Below are positions 1-13,100 of a stretch of 64,000 bases of DNA, in pieces. The DNA comes from Bigelowiella natans CCMP2755 (taxonomy: Eukaryota; Protista; Cercozoa): assembly GCA_000320545.1 (NCBI GenBank), contig ADNK01000108.1:12917-76916 (forward strand). The letters are read 5' to 3'. The translations under genes were made by a program, and so were the position numbers. Within the stretch, counting starts at the first letter, position 1; each line of letters begins with the position of its first letter. Below the pieces are notes generated by a model. The model searched no databases, was not told the DNA's origin, and saw nothing but the letters and a program-made list of their open reading frames with translations.

Positions 1-85
1 GAAGTTTGTTGATCACCACTTGGTAAAGAATAGCCTAGCAAGCTCATCCTCGACGCTGGTACTGGATCATAGATTGGGATTTAGT

Positions 86-2371
86 ATGGCCGAGGAACGA
101 CAGGAAGATGAAGGCGAATCTTTGACATTCTTGGCTGCTTCCAGAGGAGACGATGGGAGGAGGGAAAACGTTCCCGAGGCAGTGGAGGACTCTAAGTGCG
201 TCATCACCCTTGATGTTGAGGTCTTCAATCATGTAGATATCCCCTATCCCAATTAGGAACGAGAGCTCCAAACGACAGGAGAGGAACTACGCTTATTGCG
301 GGATCATCATACTCGCATCCCTCTTTTTTTATGGTAGTTTTGCTTGCTCCTCCCCTTCATTTGTCTGCACTCCTTCCTTCGATTATTTTGGAACTAGTTT
401 CCCCCCTTTCGAGAAAACAGTAAACCCCCCCCCCCTTACAGGCAGTGGTCTCATTCACCCTAGCATCATCTACCAGCCATTAATCATAACTAAAACTCCT
501 CTCTCTCTCTCTCTCTCCGTAGAGTTGCAAAGGCCACTGATCGCTGACACCAGTGGCGGCAGTGATCTAGAAGTCTTCGGGCCGGGGAAGACAATGGATA
601 ATATCAGGTATCAATGCAGACACAGAGACAAATACAGCCTTTTATGTCAAAAACAGAGGGTATTATTATTGTTGACGAAGCATTTTTGGCTGAAATCTTC
701 CTACTGGTGCTTGTTACTACGATAAGTACGGGAACCCATAGCGTCGGAGGAAAACCATTCTTTTCAACGAGGCATCATGGCCACACCTTCAATTCTTCAT
801 TCTCCTTCTGCAACGATATGGTGATAAATACGTTGGTCGTCTTCCCATAATAGCAAGTACTAAGCATGCACTCTTTTCTATCCTTCTCCTTCCCGTACCT
901 CTTTTCTTGCAAGTATTCCCCCTCGAAGAAGCTGAAAGACTGGCACATGCAGACTGCAGGTAGTGAGTACCACTCCACTAGTTGCAGCAGCAGCAGCAGT
1001 AGATCTGCTGTTATTATCATGATTCGTGATCTCTTGAAGAGAATACTAGCATAGAGAATACTAGCATCACCATCATTCGCAAACGGCCTCTCTCCCTCCC
1101 CCCTCCCGCCCCGCCCCCCCATCTCTTCCAGAGCAACTGCCATCGCATTGCCCTCGCGACAAGTTTGTCGTCCCCATTGGGGAGGGCGGGCTCAACAACG
1201 TGATATTGCGGATTTGGCACACAATCATGAAGTTTAACGGAACGCGCACGGTGCTTGTCCCCTACCTGCGCAACCATCCCAGCAGGTCTGATGTCCTGGA
1301 GAAGGAGGGGGGAGGGGGAGAGGGAAAATGAAGGGGGACTCGCCGTGCTGGCAAATGCAATATTGTTCGAACATACATGCACACATACATGCATGCATGT
1401 ACGCCGAGTTGCTCCTATTTCTCTCGATGCGAGCGTCGCACTTACTCCCCCCCCCCCCCTCTCCTCTTCTCCTCGGAACAACCTCTCGACGTCAATCGTT
1501 GGTGTCTTGGCAGGTTCAAGCCTGATCCACGTCTTGGACCTTCACTTTTGGTGCCATTTGCCACGGTAGTGCCACCACTTACACGCAAAAGACAAGAGCG
1601 TGTATAGGAAGGCAAAGAAAGCGGGGGAATGGGGGGGGGATGAGAACAAATTCGTAGGAAACCAACCAAGGGGATGGGGGGGGATGAGAACAAATTAGTA
1701 GGAAACCAACCAACATTTTGGGGGAAACAGTACAGTTACCGAAGCTGGGTTTTTAATTCTGATGTTTTGCTATTAGGCAGAGCGAAGTACGATTATTGTT
1801 TTCTTTCGTACAGATTTATTCCTTGTTGTCGTATGTCTTCCTTATTCTCCTCCTCCTCCTCCTCCTCCTCCTCCTCCTCCTCCTCCTCCTCCTCCTCCTT
1901 CCCGTCAGATTTACGATGTACCATCGTTTTGCGAGACTTTGATTGAAATGGGCGTTTGCATGCTGTGCAGGTGAGGAGGAGAGACACATGTATGCATTGA
2001 TATTTTCATACCATTTTTGCTAAATACAGATAATACACACACACACACACACACACACACATATGTATATATGTGTGATGGCACACACGCAGGCATAGTC
2101 CACCGAACCACGCTACTGCTGAAGATGAATGGGAGAAGGGCCTTGACCATGTCATTAGAGACAGGCCACCTTTCTTCCAACCGAGGCTCGATATGGCCAA
2201 AGTGAAAACGGTACGGACAACGCGCACACGTTTTGCGTGCGCGCGCGTGTGTATGTGTGTGTTTATCACAATGAGCGAATTGTATATGCCCCATTGAAAC
2301 GGTCTCCGGGCAGATTTTGGCATCTGGCGACGTGAATCTGGAGAAGGATCACAAGTTCTACTGGTTAGTAA

Positions 2372-2406
<35 letters not shown>

Positions 2407-2796
2407 ATAGAAGGAGGAGGAGCATGCACCACGCACACACGCGCGCACTGAAGGCTGAATCTCTGCTGCTGCTGCTGCTGTTGTTGCAAGGTTTCTCAGA
2501 GGTCTGAAGCCCAACGCCAAGGTTTGTTGTTCGTTCATCTCTTCACATAGCTACTATCTTGTGCTTGGGAATAGAAGAAGAAGAAGAAGAAGCGTGGGTG
2601 CGATCCGAGCTTATCTCTACTCGCCTTCCCCCTCATTTGCCTCCCCCCCCCCTCCTACCAAGGCTGCCGAGGAGGTCGCACGCCTTCGCAAGGAGATAGG
2701 GTCCAGCTCGTACCTGGCAATGCATATGCGGATCGAGGTGGTGATGGTGGTGGGGAGGGGTGGCTACTAAAGGCAAGGAGGAAGGGGAGAGAGGGA

Positions 2797-2832
<36 letters not shown>

Positions 2833-2857
2833 CTGAATTGCAGATCCATAGAGAGGA

Positions 2858-2894
<37 letters not shown>

Positions 2895-3035
2895 GAGAGA
2901 GGCGGTGTAATACATATTTGTATTATTTATAGCTCCTCCTCCTCCTCCTCCTCCTCCTCCTCCTCTCAAATGCAGAACGACTGGAGAGCCTTCAAGCGTG
3001 GGAAGTACTACGTCAATGCATCCGAAATTGTAATA

Positions 3036-3067
<32 letters not shown>

Positions 3068-3451
3068 TACGTCAAATCACTGTACCTTCGATCACATTTC
3101 ATGCTACCACCACCTGCCTATCTTCCCCCTCCCCTTTCCCATCCCTCCAACTCACTGCCATCTTCACCATGGCGTGCAGGTGAGAATGACAACAGCGCAG
3201 CCGTTCTTTCGAAAGCTGGTAAAGCAGGATCATGGAGGCAAGTTGCTGCCTGTATTCGTAGCTACCGGCTACAAGGAGGAAGCTCGAGAGGAATGGAAGA
3301 AGGTGGTGGTCTAAGTAGTAATGAATAGAGGGTGCAAACACATAGCAGGCTGCTTAGTGCTAGCTGCTATTCGTGACGATCGTCGTTATTCCTAGTGAGC
3401 GCCGAGTCGGCGATTGCACATTCAGCTAGTAGCACCTTGCAATGTGGCCCC

Positions 3452-3491
<40 letters not shown>

Positions 3492-5068
3492 TGTATACAC
3501 CGGCCATATGATATCATCATCTTGGCTCTGCTTGGGTATCATCACCATCATCATCATCACCATCATCATCAACATCATCGTCGCCATCATCGTCTTTCAT
3601 AAGTAGGTCGTACCTCACGTGCGTGTTATCATGAACGAGCCTACTTACGATGACGGGCTCTCCTTCAATGCACGGGTAAGTAACGTACAGCAGCCTATCA
3701 TGCACACACACACCTACACACACACAAAGACACATTCTTGATCTGGAAACCATCAAATGCATACTAGCTGTGCGTATTCCTCCTTTTATTGATCAAGGTA
3801 CTCTCCACTACCTCGGGGGGGGGGGATGGGGGATGGTGTGGTGCGTGCTGTCGTTCCGATGTTTGGTTGCATTTGCATCATAGCAAGCGAAGCAATATTA
3901 GCAGGCCGACACTCGACGATGATGATAAGGTGATATGATTATTAGTGTATTGTGTTTGTGTGTGTGTGTGTGTGTGTGTGCTGAAATAGGCTCTGGTAGA
4001 TCACGAAATCGCTCGCGAGGCAGAAGTGTTTGTCGGAACGGTTGATGAACATCTACTACACTTTGCCTTGCACGTGCATATACCATGGATAAGGCTACAC
4101 GTACAATCACGACATGGCGCATAGCAGCACAAAACCACACGATCGATCTTGCGCTTTGACACCGAGGATTCTGTGGCGCTGCAGGAACAAAGCTACAGTT
4201 TTTCTTTTCTTCTCTTTTAAAGGAAGGCATCGTAGTAATTTTGCGCCACAATTTCTGTATGTGCCCTCCACAGGCTATGTTCTCCACCTTCACTTCAAAT
4301 ACGATATTCTTTCGCGGCCATGAGGCTCTCTGTGAGGCGGCGATTGGGGCTAAAGACGCAGGTTTTTCTCTCTGTGAATGCTTTTTAACACCCACACAGT
4401 CGCACATACGTCGAAGTGTATTGGAATATCTACGTGTGCGTATGTGCATATGTGGAATGTATATAATTATTTTATCGTACCAATTTAATGATGCCGTGTC
4501 TTTGGAGCAGTAAACACAGTTTCATCGGTGCGATTAATGAGTAAACCATCAAACACTTGTGTTGCTACATGCTACAAAATTGATATCGAAGGTGCTCTGG
4601 CTGCTGCCGCTGTTGATCTTAGAGTGCGTTCTTTCGCTTATCATCGGGTCTCAAAGTGGGGGTCATCGCTTCTTTTCAAAATTTATTATTTTTAATACTT
4701 TACGTGCGCGCGCGCGCGTGTGTGTATGTTTGTTTGTGAGTTTATATTTTGATATATATGTGCCAACATTCATTGTCGTGTTGTATTTATATATCCTCCT
4801 CCACTCTCCTCCTTCTCATCCTCCTTCTCTTCCTTCTTCTTCTTAAACTCGAAGGCCAACTGACAAACTCCTTGAATGTCACCAATATTGCTGGGGTCTG
4901 GACTACGACGAATCCGGTCCTGATGAGATATAAGCTTTCGATATGACCTTTTTTGTTTCCAGCCCGCCCCTCCTCCCTTTTCTTCATACCCTTTTTCTTC
5001 GCAATTGAGGATAGTGATGGCCTCATACTTAAGGATTTGAATATTATTATCAATAACATCGCGTCGTC

Positions 5069-5114
<46 letters not shown>

Positions 5115-5222
5115 TCTCTCTCCCCACCCCTCCCTCCTCTCTTCCCCTGTCTCCTCACTTTTGCTCTCCAAACACTAAGGATAATCTTAAAACGCATAAT
5201 GGAGCCGTAGTATTGGGCTAGG
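86..5222 (+). CDS. GDP-fucose O-fucosyltransferase family protein (type II membrane, multi-exon; 3' end approximate)
   Basis: Spliced exons give an N-terminal TM (YAYCGIIILASLFFY, ~290-333), GEGGLNNVILRIW...RTVLVP (~1180-1265), PFATIYDVPSF, YLAMHMRIE|NDW (~2710-2985), VFVATG, and ALVDHEIAREAEVFVGT|AMFSTFTS (~3990-4310). This is the motif order of the O-FucT family. Confidence 0.8.
1627..1713. repeat. ~45-bp tandem duplication in an intron
   Basis: Two near-identical copies of ATGGGGGGGG-ATGAGAACAAATT(C/A)GTAGGAAACCAACCAA. Confidence 0.85.
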
Positions 5223-6179
5223 CTCATCCACGCCAGATTAGACCAGACGCCGATTGGTTGTTTGCCTGTGTACGTACCCATACTGTTGCACTGCCGGAAA
5301 ATAAACATCAATGAATAATTAAAGCGGTACAACAAAGAGTAACCCCATGTGTGTTCAGCGGTGCTTGCTCTATGATGTGACGAAGCGCCTAGAAAAAGGA
5401 CATATGTGTGTGTGTGTGTGTGTGTGTGCGTGTGCATAGAAGGAGATGAGAAGCTATCTGTGCTCATCCGAGCAGTGCTATGCATGCATACACGTGTGAA
5501 ATGACCAATCCGCATTGTGGATTTGGATGAGGTGTGCTCATTCTTCCTTGCGCAATTGATGAGATTTTCCAATGCTAGAATGCAAGAGAATGACGATTGC
5601 ATCAGGGTGTGTGAGCTCAATGCGGCAAATGTGTTTTGCACACACAGCGCAATGGCTAGCTGGCCATTAGTACGCGCGTGCTTCATGCCTCACGCCGCAT
5701 GGTCATGCACGACTAGATGTGCCATTAGACCATTCACACGTTGCATGCCAATGTTCATATTAGTTGGCTAACTAGCTGACGCACTTAACAACAAGGTGGC
5801 ATGAGCAAACGCTAGTTTCTGCGAAGCACACGTATGCATTTTTACTCAGGCCTAATGTGCTGAATGCGCACTTCCTTTAGGCATATTTCCTTACGCATGA
5901 GGTAATCTATGGGCTGGACATGTGAAGTGAAAGAGTGTGCATACGTTAACCGTCCAGGGATACTACTTTACAATCAGAGAAACATCTACCATGTCTCTCA
6001 CAACTATATAGAAAATTTGGAGTGGATGTAGGCAATACAAAGTGCATGCGCAGATAATTCTAGCAAGCACTCTCTCAGTCTTATTCTCAATATCTTATTC
6101 GCCTATCCCTAGTCTCTGCTCCGCCTTAACCTTATGCGATGTTGTTACGATTGTGCAGCTATATGAGTTCTGGCATGTT

Positions 6180-9171
6180 TATACGGCACATGTAATAGTC
6201 GTCCTATGGTATCTTTTGCTGTCTTCAACAACGTCAAATCGGCTGCTGGAGTTATCAGCAAATTCTCTGAAATCTGAAAATTTGCAAAACTTGTGAAGTA
6301 TTAAAGACGAAGGCATTTCTCTGTGTAGAAGGAACCTGCTCCGAAGCAGGGCAGTTTCCTAAGTCTCCTTCGATGATTTCTTGATGAAGGGAAAAATCTT
6401 TAGCCCATCCTACCCCCGTTGTCTGTTATAAAATTTAGATCCTTATAAAATTTTATCCGTTAGATCTACAGATGTAAGTGGGTACTCCGTTGGCACACCT
6501 CGTAGTTTGCACCATAATTGGAGACTTTGGCCTTTTTTAAAAAATCACCAGGTTTCGGGAAAGGAACGCACGCCCCGAGGACACGACCTTCTTGCCGTGT
6601 GCAAGCCTCTTCCCAGAATGCGAAGTGTCTACAATATGATAATATGTTGGAAAAACATGGCTATCAAGCGTCAAACTATTGCACCGTCTAGAATATCGTT
6701 ACATTGCTCTCGAAAGTTTATTTTGAGATCTGCTAAGGATTGGGAGGACTCCATAGTTTATTCCAGCATCAAACAATACGAATTTATTCGCTTTAGGATA
6801 GACCAGCTAAAGCAGGATGAGTAGAATATTAGTTCAATGGAAAGGTTGCCGACATTGCCGACTAACGATAGAATTGGAAAACCTGTGCTTGAGATGGATG
6901 CTCTTTGACCAAAAGCGTTGGTCCACAGTCATCGTCCAAATAGAGAATTCTTCCACAATTATTGTGAAAATAGGAACGTAACCATTGCACAGATATCAAT
7001 ACTTTGAAAATAGGACTTAAAGATACACCAGTGTATATTTTTGAACATATTGGGTATCTACCCTGTAGCTATGGGAAGCCTTGGAACCCGACCATCAGCA
7101 GGACTTGCTCCCTGGAAAAATAGAAAGTATTAGATCTTCATATGTGTCCATAAATTTCTCAATACCCGATCATAGTCCTTCTGAAGACGGTATCCTTGAT
7201 AGGCTTCCTTCTTCCGTGAAACAATTTTCTTATGTCCATGCACCCACCACTCGAAACCTTACATTTATGGTACACTTGAAAATTACTAGGATTGTTTAGG
7301 AAAGATTATTCTACCTGCAATGTCCTTTTTCTCAAGCTCTAGATGTTGGCTAATGATGCAGCGCCAAAGATTCAAAGCCACGGCATCAACAATATTTGTT
7401 GCTACGGAAGGATTTTCATCGATAAAATATCTGACAGCACAATTCGCGTAAGGTACACAGATTGAGCGTACGAACTGTTTCTCTACCTGAAGAATGAAAT
7501 AAATCCTATTTGGCCATATTCGGCTACCTTCCAATAATTGGATGAATGCCGAATGGATTTGCTTAGTAGACCAAGTAGGTTACGTGGGAGGGCATTTTCT
7601 GTAACAATGCCAATGGGTGTTGATTCGGAAGAGAGGAATCTTTGTCGCTCCCCAAGGTAAACAGCGCGAGCAATATCGTAGGAGAGCAGAGAAACCTTTA
7701 CATTCTCGGAGTAATCTGCTAAACCCACGGAGTAGATGTAAAGGCTCATGTCGTATTTCTCATCTAAAACAAGAATGTCTGCGGCCAACGATGGATCACG
7801 GAGTCCTCCAAGTATAGTTGAAAATGCTCCCTTGAGATCGCCAGTGAATCGCATAATTCCCACAATTGCCTCTGCAGCAACACGTTTCTCTAATTCTGAC
7901 TGCCAAATCAATACTAGAGTGAGATTACATCATAGATCAAACTAGGCTTGGTGTCTCTATTCAATAATGTTTTTAATCAAAACAACCAACTTATTATTTG
8001 TGTAAACCTGTTCTTCGAAACGGCTGTGTGTCTTCTGTAATGACTCCATTCCTAACGATATATGTACAAAATCGAATAAAATGCCATGATGTCATCGAAG
8101 AAATATCATTTGACCCCTTATAAAATCTCCTGCTTTGACATAAAGCCTTGCTAAGTGAGCCTCAGAGACCCACCAATCCGCTTTTTTAATTACACTGAGT
8201 TCCTCCCTTTCAGGCTATTTTTTTCAACAAATTATTCTCATTCCTCGCAAAGATATTTCAAAAAATATTCACCGATGGGACATCTTCCTTAATAATTCGA
8301 AGGTTTGGTACATTGCCTAAAATAAACCTCCTGCACATGTTATCATTCCTGTTCACAGTCATCTCGACTCAGCGATTTGAAAGTCAGAAATCGGTTGCAG
8401 GGTACCCGACAGCCATGGAATAATTTCCTAGCTCTTCATAAAGGATTCCTAGCTTGCATAGGACTTCACCGTCAGTTCGAAGCCCTTGGATATCATTTGC
8501 GAATATATAGCTGGTCAGATACTGCTGCATGATTCATAAAATATGACATATACATTTGTGTGCCTCGAGTAACATTTTGATTCCCATTTCGGTGAGTCCA
8601 ATTGGATCTGCTGAGCGGCCTGTGCAAATTCAAATATGTTATCTGATGTGCAGATTACATTGAAAGCTATAACCTGTTTTTGCAAGTTGGTACAAGCTCC
8701 AAGCCTTTCGTTTGAGTACTTCACCGTGTGGCTGCCCTCTATCGGCATCGAATTCCATACTGCTGTCGCGATGACTCTGATTTTGAGTTAATGAAGGATC
8801 CTTCTTCGAGACTGAAGCTAGATTTGTACCAAAATCTTGGAATGCCATCAGGATACATCCAATACTGATTCCCAATACGAGGCACAAAATTGCACCGACC
8901 CAATAGTAATGCAAGCCTAGTAACCCTTGATCATTGCTTCTATTTTGAGCAGCCACCTGGGACTAGCATTGAGTAATTTGGTCAGCATTGTGAATGAAAA
9001 TGGACTTTTATATCTCCAAAACTGGTTATGGAATTACGGTTTTAGTCCAGCCACAACTGCTACCTTCGCACTTTGAGACTGAGAGGATTTTTGGTCGACG
9101 AGAACCTCCTCCGCTGCTGCATTGCTATTCTCGGAGCTCTCGCTGGGGAGCCCTTTCACTGAATCAGCCAT
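6180..9171 (-). CDS. TM + TPR-repeat protein with a C-terminal degenerate 2OG-Fe(II) oxygenase-like domain (multi-exon; 3' end approximate)
   Basis: ATG at 9171 (MADSVKGLPSES...). TM WVGAILCLVLGISIGCILMAF. TPR-like GEVLCKLGILYEELGNYSMAV and AHLARLYVKAGDF. C-terminal FEWWVH...LQKDYD...ILYLDDDCGPTLL...YPKANKFVLFDAGINYGVLP...HFAFW. Confidence 0.6.
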
Positions 9172-9772
9172 TTGAAATTTGGGAGTACAGAATGAAAAAA
9201 TAGCCTAGATTCTGGACGTGCGTCTGTGAAACTTTGGCCGCGTTCACGATGTTGGGTGGACACAATTTGTCCGTTGGGAGTTTTTGACTGAATTGGTTGA
9301 TGAAGGTTGTCGTAAGTGACGTTTGCCACGGATTCATTCATTTTCCCGACGTTTTGCATGTGCACCGGATGAATTCTGTTCACTGAAGCACCATGCTTGG
9401 TTGGTTCCAATCGAAGAGGTAGAAGGAGAAGGAACATGGGGGGAAAAGGAAGAGAGAAAAAGAAAAGAAAAAAGGCACGTCAAGAGACGTGTCTCTTGAT
9501 GCTCCACAAGAAGAGTGCGTGCCATTGCGTGCGCATTGCAGGCAACCAAGCTGGCAACGCTGCGAGCTGCAACACACACACACACACGCCAGAACGTGTG
9601 ATGATTGTTGTGCGCGTTGTGGATTTGTTTGGTGCACGTGCAGTTGTGAAAGAGCACACGTGTGTTCAAGTGGACACGCTAGCACGTGTGAATGCGTTGG
9701 CACGTGTGTGTCATGCGCGTGCACACACGTCAAGATGATCAAGCTAGCAAGAGACGTGTCTTTCGGCGTGTT

Positions 9773-10098
9773 TGTTGCGCGTAAGGTGTTCACAGGCCGA
9801 GGCGCTACGTGCACAAGTAGGCAGGGGGGGGGAAAGGCACGTTTGCTTCCTTTTGAAGAGTTGTGTTTATTTTTATTAAAGATTATATTTTTATTAAATC
9901 GTGCACTGCGTAATCATTCGCGAAGCTTTCGCGAATGCCGCCGCACGTGGGGCAGCACACTTCCGGTGTGCTGCCATGAGTCCCGCCGGAACCCACGTGC
10001 CTATGCTGTATTAATATCTACGTTATCTATATTCTATATCCGCGACAACCCCTTTGTTGTCGCACGTGACTTGTGCCCGCGTAGTGGTACGCGCTACA
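9773..10098 (-). repeat. 3' LTR (326 bp)
   Basis: Matches 15163-15488 block for block. Termini TGTTGCGCGTA...TACGCGCTACA form a 10/11 inverted repeat. Two AATAAA on the minus strand. Confidence 0.97.
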
Positions 10099-10107
10099 CC
10101 TCCCCCA
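10099..10107 (-). promoter_or_regulatory. Polypurine tract (PPT)
   Basis: Minus-strand TGGGGGAGG immediately 5' of the 3' LTR's TGTAGCGC. Confidence 0.85.
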
Positions 10108-10149
10108 AGTCACGTTGCTCCTTCCTTCCTTCCTTATTCCCTTAGACCT

Positions 10150-13100
10150 TCATCGCTTTCGGAACTTCACCAACCACCAGGTAATAGATTCCTCTCTAAC
10201 CTTATCTCCTTTGTCGCTTACCCAGAACTCACCTTCGTCCTTAGGTTCGTGTCCATACCAGCCCTCTGCATCAAGGTCCCCCAGGACCTTATACCAGTGC
10301 TCAAAGGGTAAGTCGGGAACAGCTAGGTAGAGTAGCTGATATTTTCCGTCCTTTATTTTCATAGCTACCCTCTCCATATTTCGTAATCCAGGGTAGCCTA
10401 GATAGACAATCTTCATGCGCCAATCGTCGTTCACCCTGACCTTATTGTTTCCATATTCCACATCGAACTTAGGTCGGGGTCCTAAACAAGGCATTGCTCG
10501 CTCCCACACAGTAGGGTTTACTTTAACATCCTCTAGGAGCTTCTCACCGATATCATAATTCTTTAGGTGACTGATGTGGCGCAAGGTGACCCTGTTCCCA
10601 TCATAGATGTAGTACTGCTTCCTCCCCTTCCTCTCGGTAACCTTTGCAACGCCACCCCAGAAGGGGTCTTGTTTATTTCTCGATCTCAGATTTACCTTGG
10701 CCCTAACATACTGTCCTTCCTTTAGAACTCGGCCATCGTACGGGACCTTCTCGTCTTCGCTCTCGGTATCGTCGTCGTTGTCGTCGCCTTCTTCCCTCTC
10801 CTTATCCTTGATACCTCCCCCAGACGTGAAGGTGTCGTTTACTAACCCTTGTATCTTGTCTGGTGTGGTGCTATTTATCCTGCTTAGGTTGGCCAAGGTG
10901 CGGTGGAGTCGCTCTACCTTGGAGTTGGACTGGGCATAGTATACAGGTGAGGCATCAATATTAGGGTGTGGTAGCTGTAGAAGAGAGGTCTCATTATCCA
11001 CATGTAACTTCTTTGGTATCTTGTTTATGCTAACTTCATCAGGGATAGCCTGGAGCTCAGACTCCCAGGTACGGTAGCAGTTAGTAAGCCTCTGCTTATA
11101 TAAGCCTTTGTTCTTCTTAGCAACGTTGACCTTGATAATCTTTTTAACCCAGCACTTTCCAGTGGCCACATCAACGAAGGTAAGGTAGTGATAGCCATCG
11201 TACTTATAAACATCAATTTGCACGATATCTAAGAAGTTCCTTGCTTTGATTTTCTTAGATGCACGGCTCTTGCTGGACTCCTTGGTGGCGACGCCTGCCG
11301 CCTTCAAGCTGGAGCACCTGCAGCCACGCAGGTATGTCCTTATCTCTTTTAGCTTGTAGGGCCAGTAGTAATGGTAGAGTAGAGCAGTGATATGGTTTTC
11401 TCCTACGTGTGCAGGTCCATGGGCGGTAAAGAGAAGGGCTCCCCTGGTCCGCCGTGGCACGTAGGTACGCCTAACATTATTAGTGTATACATATATCCTA
11501 TCACTAAGTACCTCATGCTTGTGTTTGTATTTATCCAGGTGTTCTTGAAGGTGCTGGAGCTCCTCTGGCTCAGGCAGGAAGTCGCCGTCCTCGAAGGTAA
11601 TCGCGTTAACCATAGGGGTGACCTGGGTAGGGACTTTCTTTTCGAACAGCCTGCTGAAATAGTCAGCAAGCTGCTTGTCTCCTGGTGCGTAGACCACTGT
11701 CCTCTTGTCCCTAAACTCTTCCGTGTCCGCCCTCATAGCTGCATACTCATCGTTAGGCGCTTCGAGCTTGCGGTCGATGCCTAGGAGGGGCTTGTGGTCA
11801 GTCATTAAGGTGAAGCTGGGCACCGACAGCAGGTAGTATCTTAGTTTCCTCTGCGCCTCAGTCATGGCTTTATACTCTCCTTTTGTAGGGCTGTACTTGG
11901 CCTCAGCTGCTGTGCAGGCCCTGCCCCACACCCGTATGATCTGCTGGTCTTGGGTAAGTACAGCAGCCATACCTAGCTTAGACCAGTCTGTCCATAGGGT
12001 AGCTGGTCTAGTAGTGTCTAGCTTAGCATTCAATAGGGTGTTGCTGCATAACTTTATTAGGTTATCGAAGTGGGCATCAAGGCCAGCCTTGGCCCACACC
12101 TTAGCGAAGCTGAGGCCTACAGAGTTCTCCTTCCGGTAAGCAGTAGTAAAAGCAGCTGCAGTCCTAGCGTAGGTAGGGGAGAACCTACGTAGTATCCAAG
12201 CTGCAGTCTGCAAGAATGACTTTAACTCCTTTGCATTCTTAGGTTTAGGGGCTTGCTGTAGTGCTGCTACTTTCTCGGGGTTTGGGGTGATGCGGCCTTG
12301 CTCCAGGTAATATCCACACCACTTGATTCTTGTAGCTAGGAATGTACACTTCTGCAGTCTAATAGTAAAACCGAAGTGTGCAAACCTAATAAATATATTT
12401 TCCAGGAGGAAGATCTGAGCGACGACTGTGTTGGTACATATTATGTCATCATCCACATACACAAACACAAACACCCACAACACAGACGCCATCCCATCAT
12501 GTGTGTATGCCCTGTAGTTCTGACTACTGAACGCATCCCCTGATATGCTTAGGCCGTAAGGGAATACGACGAAGTGCCACTTCCTGTGCCTGCTGGAGAA
12601 CGCGGTAATGGGGCGGGAGGTTTTGTGGATGGGTGTCTGCATGTATGATTCATTTTTATCTAGGGAAGAGTAGTATTTGTATCCTATGACGTGTTCAATA
12701 ACGTCATCTATCCTTGGTGTAGGTGTCTGGATCCTCTTTATTACTCGGTTGTGGCGGATGAAGTTGTGCGCCAGGCGGAAGAAAGGGTAAGTAGGTTTCT
12801 TAGCTAGCACATGTCTCACGTTCCATGGTGAGTTGCTTGGCTCTATCTTCCCTTCCTTTGCCCATTCATTGATCTGCCACTCTATCTTTTCCCAGTCCGC
12901 TTCCGGTCGCCTATGTTCTGGGTCATTGATGATGCACTCTTCGTATCCCTTCTTTAGCTCGATCTTTACTGGGGTAAGCTTGCTGGAGGGCTTCGTCGTC
13001 GGCTTGGTGATGTCAGAGTACTTCTCGTTTAATATTTTATTAATGTACTTTTTGCCTTTGTCGATATCCCAATCATCAGCTGGGGGGGTCTTGTCCAGTA

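Noticed and set aside
221-256. Possible ultra-short 24-36 nt intron
   Set aside because: A better donor (AA|GTGCGT at 197) gives a 60-nt intron and the frame that encodes the TM anchor.
770-830. WPHLQFFILLLQRY resembling an RNF213/AAA segment
   Set aside because: Short chance match in one frame; the surrounding exons belong to the O-fucosyltransferase.
1793-5686. Many 60-300 aa ORFs with ERERER, HTHTHT, poly-S/L/H or YIYIY runs (also throughout the window)
   Set aside because: They are translations of intronic microsatellites or antisense frames of real exons.
9489-10145. 218-aa plus-strand ORF and its partial twin at 15146-15529
   Set aside because: Antisense read-through of the LTR and stop-poor, TpA-depleted flank; no protein motifs.
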